A DNA stretch of 63,956 nt, counting the filler, from Psammoneis japonica (Eukaryota), in the NCBI GenBank assembly GCA_008632985.1. It is 3 parts of 3 records of this genome, joined end to end, with 100 filler letters (N's around TTAATTAATTAA, not from the genome) between each part and the next. Parts side by side here need not be neighbours in the genome. Positions count along the whole stretch, not along the records: positions 53,298 to 63,956 come from QPGO01000523.1; 2 more parts are not named here. One strand, written 5' to 3'. Made by a program: the position numbers and the translations under genes. Position 1 is the first letter of the stretch. Every line of letters starts with the position of its first letter. Of the stretch, positions 61,617-63,956 are shown piece after piece. Below the pieces are notes generated by a model. The model did not search any database and was not told the DNA's origin. It saw only the letters and a program-made list of their open reading frames with translations.

Positions 61617-63956
61617 AGCTTCTGGAACCAGTTTCGTGCAGCAGTTTTCGTGCCGTATGTTCTTTTTCAGTTTGCACACCATGTCTGGCATGATGTTTCC
61701 ATTGTCGTCTTTCACTTCCCACCCTTCTGGGAGTCTCACACACACTGGTTCTTCCAGTTCTGCTTGTGGAAATGCTTGCACATAATCCACTTGTCTGCTT
61801 TTCAGACCGGTGAGTGCTGCTAGACACAATGTCAGTCGCACCGTACTCCATGCGACGACTGGGGCGAATGTGTCCCAATGGTCTATTCCATGTTGTTGTT
61901 TGGAACCGTCGACGCATGTTCTAGCTATGTGTATTTAAAGCTCACCACTTGGTTTCCTTTTTCTTTTGTATGACCAGATTGCATTTAACAACTGGTGGTC
62001 TTTTGGCACTTCAGAACGTGGTATGTATTCCCATGCGTCCACATATCTGCTAGCCCTTGTATTTCTGGAACTTGGGCTTTTTCAAATTTGGCGTGGTCTG
62101 GCGCTCTTTTCATCTGGCCCTGGGTCAGGGTATCAACGTTACCTAGTGCCGCTGCTTCAAAAGCGAGTGGACTGGATTCGTTCCATATATTTTCGTCGAG
62201 AAGTGTGTCATTATCTACTGAACCCATAAGTGCCATCAGATGTGCGAGCTCTTCATATAATTCAGCTGCAACTTCTTTATGGTATAGAGGCATTGTAATG
62301 TACGCATTCGCGTCAGGTAAGTTACTGTTTTTCGTATTGCTCTGTACTGTTGTGCAAGTCGCGTCGTCGTCATCTAAACCTTTTCGGCGTTTGTATTCAT
62401 GAAATTGATGACGAGCATAGTCTGCTTCATCGTTTAAATGTTGGAGGGCTTCTTTCATTGGAAAAGAAGTTGCAGCATCCTCTAGAGTTGCCACAGTTGG
62501 GCCCTGGGTGACTGCATTGTCTACAATCAACTGTGTCGCATTGTCAACCGACAGCGGTTGGTTTGACAATGAGTGGGTCCCCTCTGCTCTCTCCGATATA
62601 GAACCTGCCGCTACAGGTGGCACAGCCTCAGAGGTTTCAGTGTGTGCCGATTCTGCCAGTGTCGTTGCATCTGCTGGTGCAGCTGCCGCATGTGTCAGTG
62701 TGTCGGCCGAGACATCAACAGCTGGCAGAATCTCAGATGGTGCATCATCATCGTCTGGCTTTGCTTGTCCAGCACGGTCTCTTTTTCTCCCTCGCAATTT
62801 GTGATTGGTCTTTTGCGCCTGTTTGTACACTTGAGGGTCGATGCCGTGTTCGCGGAGCAAGTCGTCCTTGCTCCAAATGTTCTTTTCAAAATGATGTCGA
62901 TTGTGATTGAGACATTCATCATGGTGAGTCCAAGTGTTTGCATGGTCATTAAACAATTGTTCAAGAGCTGCCTCAAGATCATCGCTTGATGTCTTTCCAG
63001 GCGCCACAGTTGCAAAAATTTCGTCGAATGTGACGTGAAATTGTGTCGAGACGTGTTTGGTTATGGGGTCCCACACCAAGCAGACATCACTGGCATGGTG
63101 ACGCGTTCCAGCTCTAGGTGGGACCTTGCACTGCTGCACTGTGACATCAACAGTTTTTTGGATCACGTTGCATGTCGCACACGTGCATTTCTACGTGTCA
63201 TGTTCTACAAAATTGTTTCATGCTCCCTGTTTTGCAAAGCCAAAGGCTTTCTATTTTCCCCATTTGTGACAATAAAAATGCGCTGGGTGTGTTCTTTAAT
63301 GTCTGAAGAATGCACCCGAGCAAACTGTCAATGATGCACTCCAAGCATGGAGGAGGAGATACGTTCGTAAAATTGCCTCTTTTTCTGTTGGCGATCATTT
63401 ATATTTTCATTGCAGAACAAATTTGCTGCGGAGCTCGCACGTAGAATTCCACTTGCCCAATGTCACACGGAGTCCCACCCAGGACTGGAACCCATCTGGT
63501 CCAGTGAATGTCCCACGTACACTCCTTGGCGTGACCGTTCGGCCCACCTTCCGATGTGAGTCCCATCTTGGACACTTTTGTCCGCGATGTAAACAGGACA
63601 CCCCCACACGCGAAAATCGTCCATTTGAAATGGCGGTTTCTCATGGGTGAACAGTTCCCAGGGGTTTTTCTCTTTTCCTTTTCGGATGCACACATCATGG
63701 AAATTGACGGCTTGTCTGATGGCAAATGGCCACAATTCCAAGGTTGCTACATCAGACCAGAGGGACTGAGTGTGTAACAGGTGCATGCGCGCCATGGCGG
63801 CCAACATGCCGTTATGGGCATGAACGGGCTCGATTTTTATGTCACATTTTGCTGCAAATCTCTCAAGCTTGGTTTTGCCATTCAAGGTCTCTTTTCCTCC
63901 AGTGGACTCTTGCACACAAGGACAGATAAATCTAGAGAAGTGATCAATCCATGGAG
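61617..63956 (-). mobile_element. Ty1/Copia retrotransposon fragment (integrase, linker, RT start), interrupted by Gypsy B
   Basis: LWPFAIRQAV, PWELFT, FRVWGCPVY, GVYVGHS, VSTQFHVTFDE; RT VDGSKQ.HGID.WDTFAPVV.WSTVRL, QVDYVQAFPQAEL, KLKKN.YG..TAARNWF. Order INT-RT is Copia. Confidence 0.9.

Overview
Eukaryotic genomic DNA, most likely from a diatom (inferred from the styles of the LRR, trypsin and retroelement proteins). The window is three contigs joined by artificial N-TTAATTAATTAA-N linkers (1-26671, 26772-53197, 53298-63956). It holds about eight host genes: an SRA/YDG protein, a FAH-SDR fusion, a membrane protein, an LRR receptor-like protein, YaaA, a carnitine acyltransferase, a trypsin and a Beta_propel protein. 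These sit among many transposon relics: Ty3/Gypsy (two families), Ty1/Copia, DIRS/Ngaro-like, non-LTR, a PIF1/Helitron-like relic and a MITE. The most striking signal is mutational. Kilobase-scale repeat domains are almost free of TpA, and same-family copies show TpA->TpG and TpA->CpA changes, i.e. A->G on both strands. Conserved tyrosines in integrase and RT become His or Cys, while host genes are spared. This looks like a repeat-targeted hypermutation running opposite to fungal RIP, possibly an undescribed genome-defence system. All alignments and counts were done by eye.
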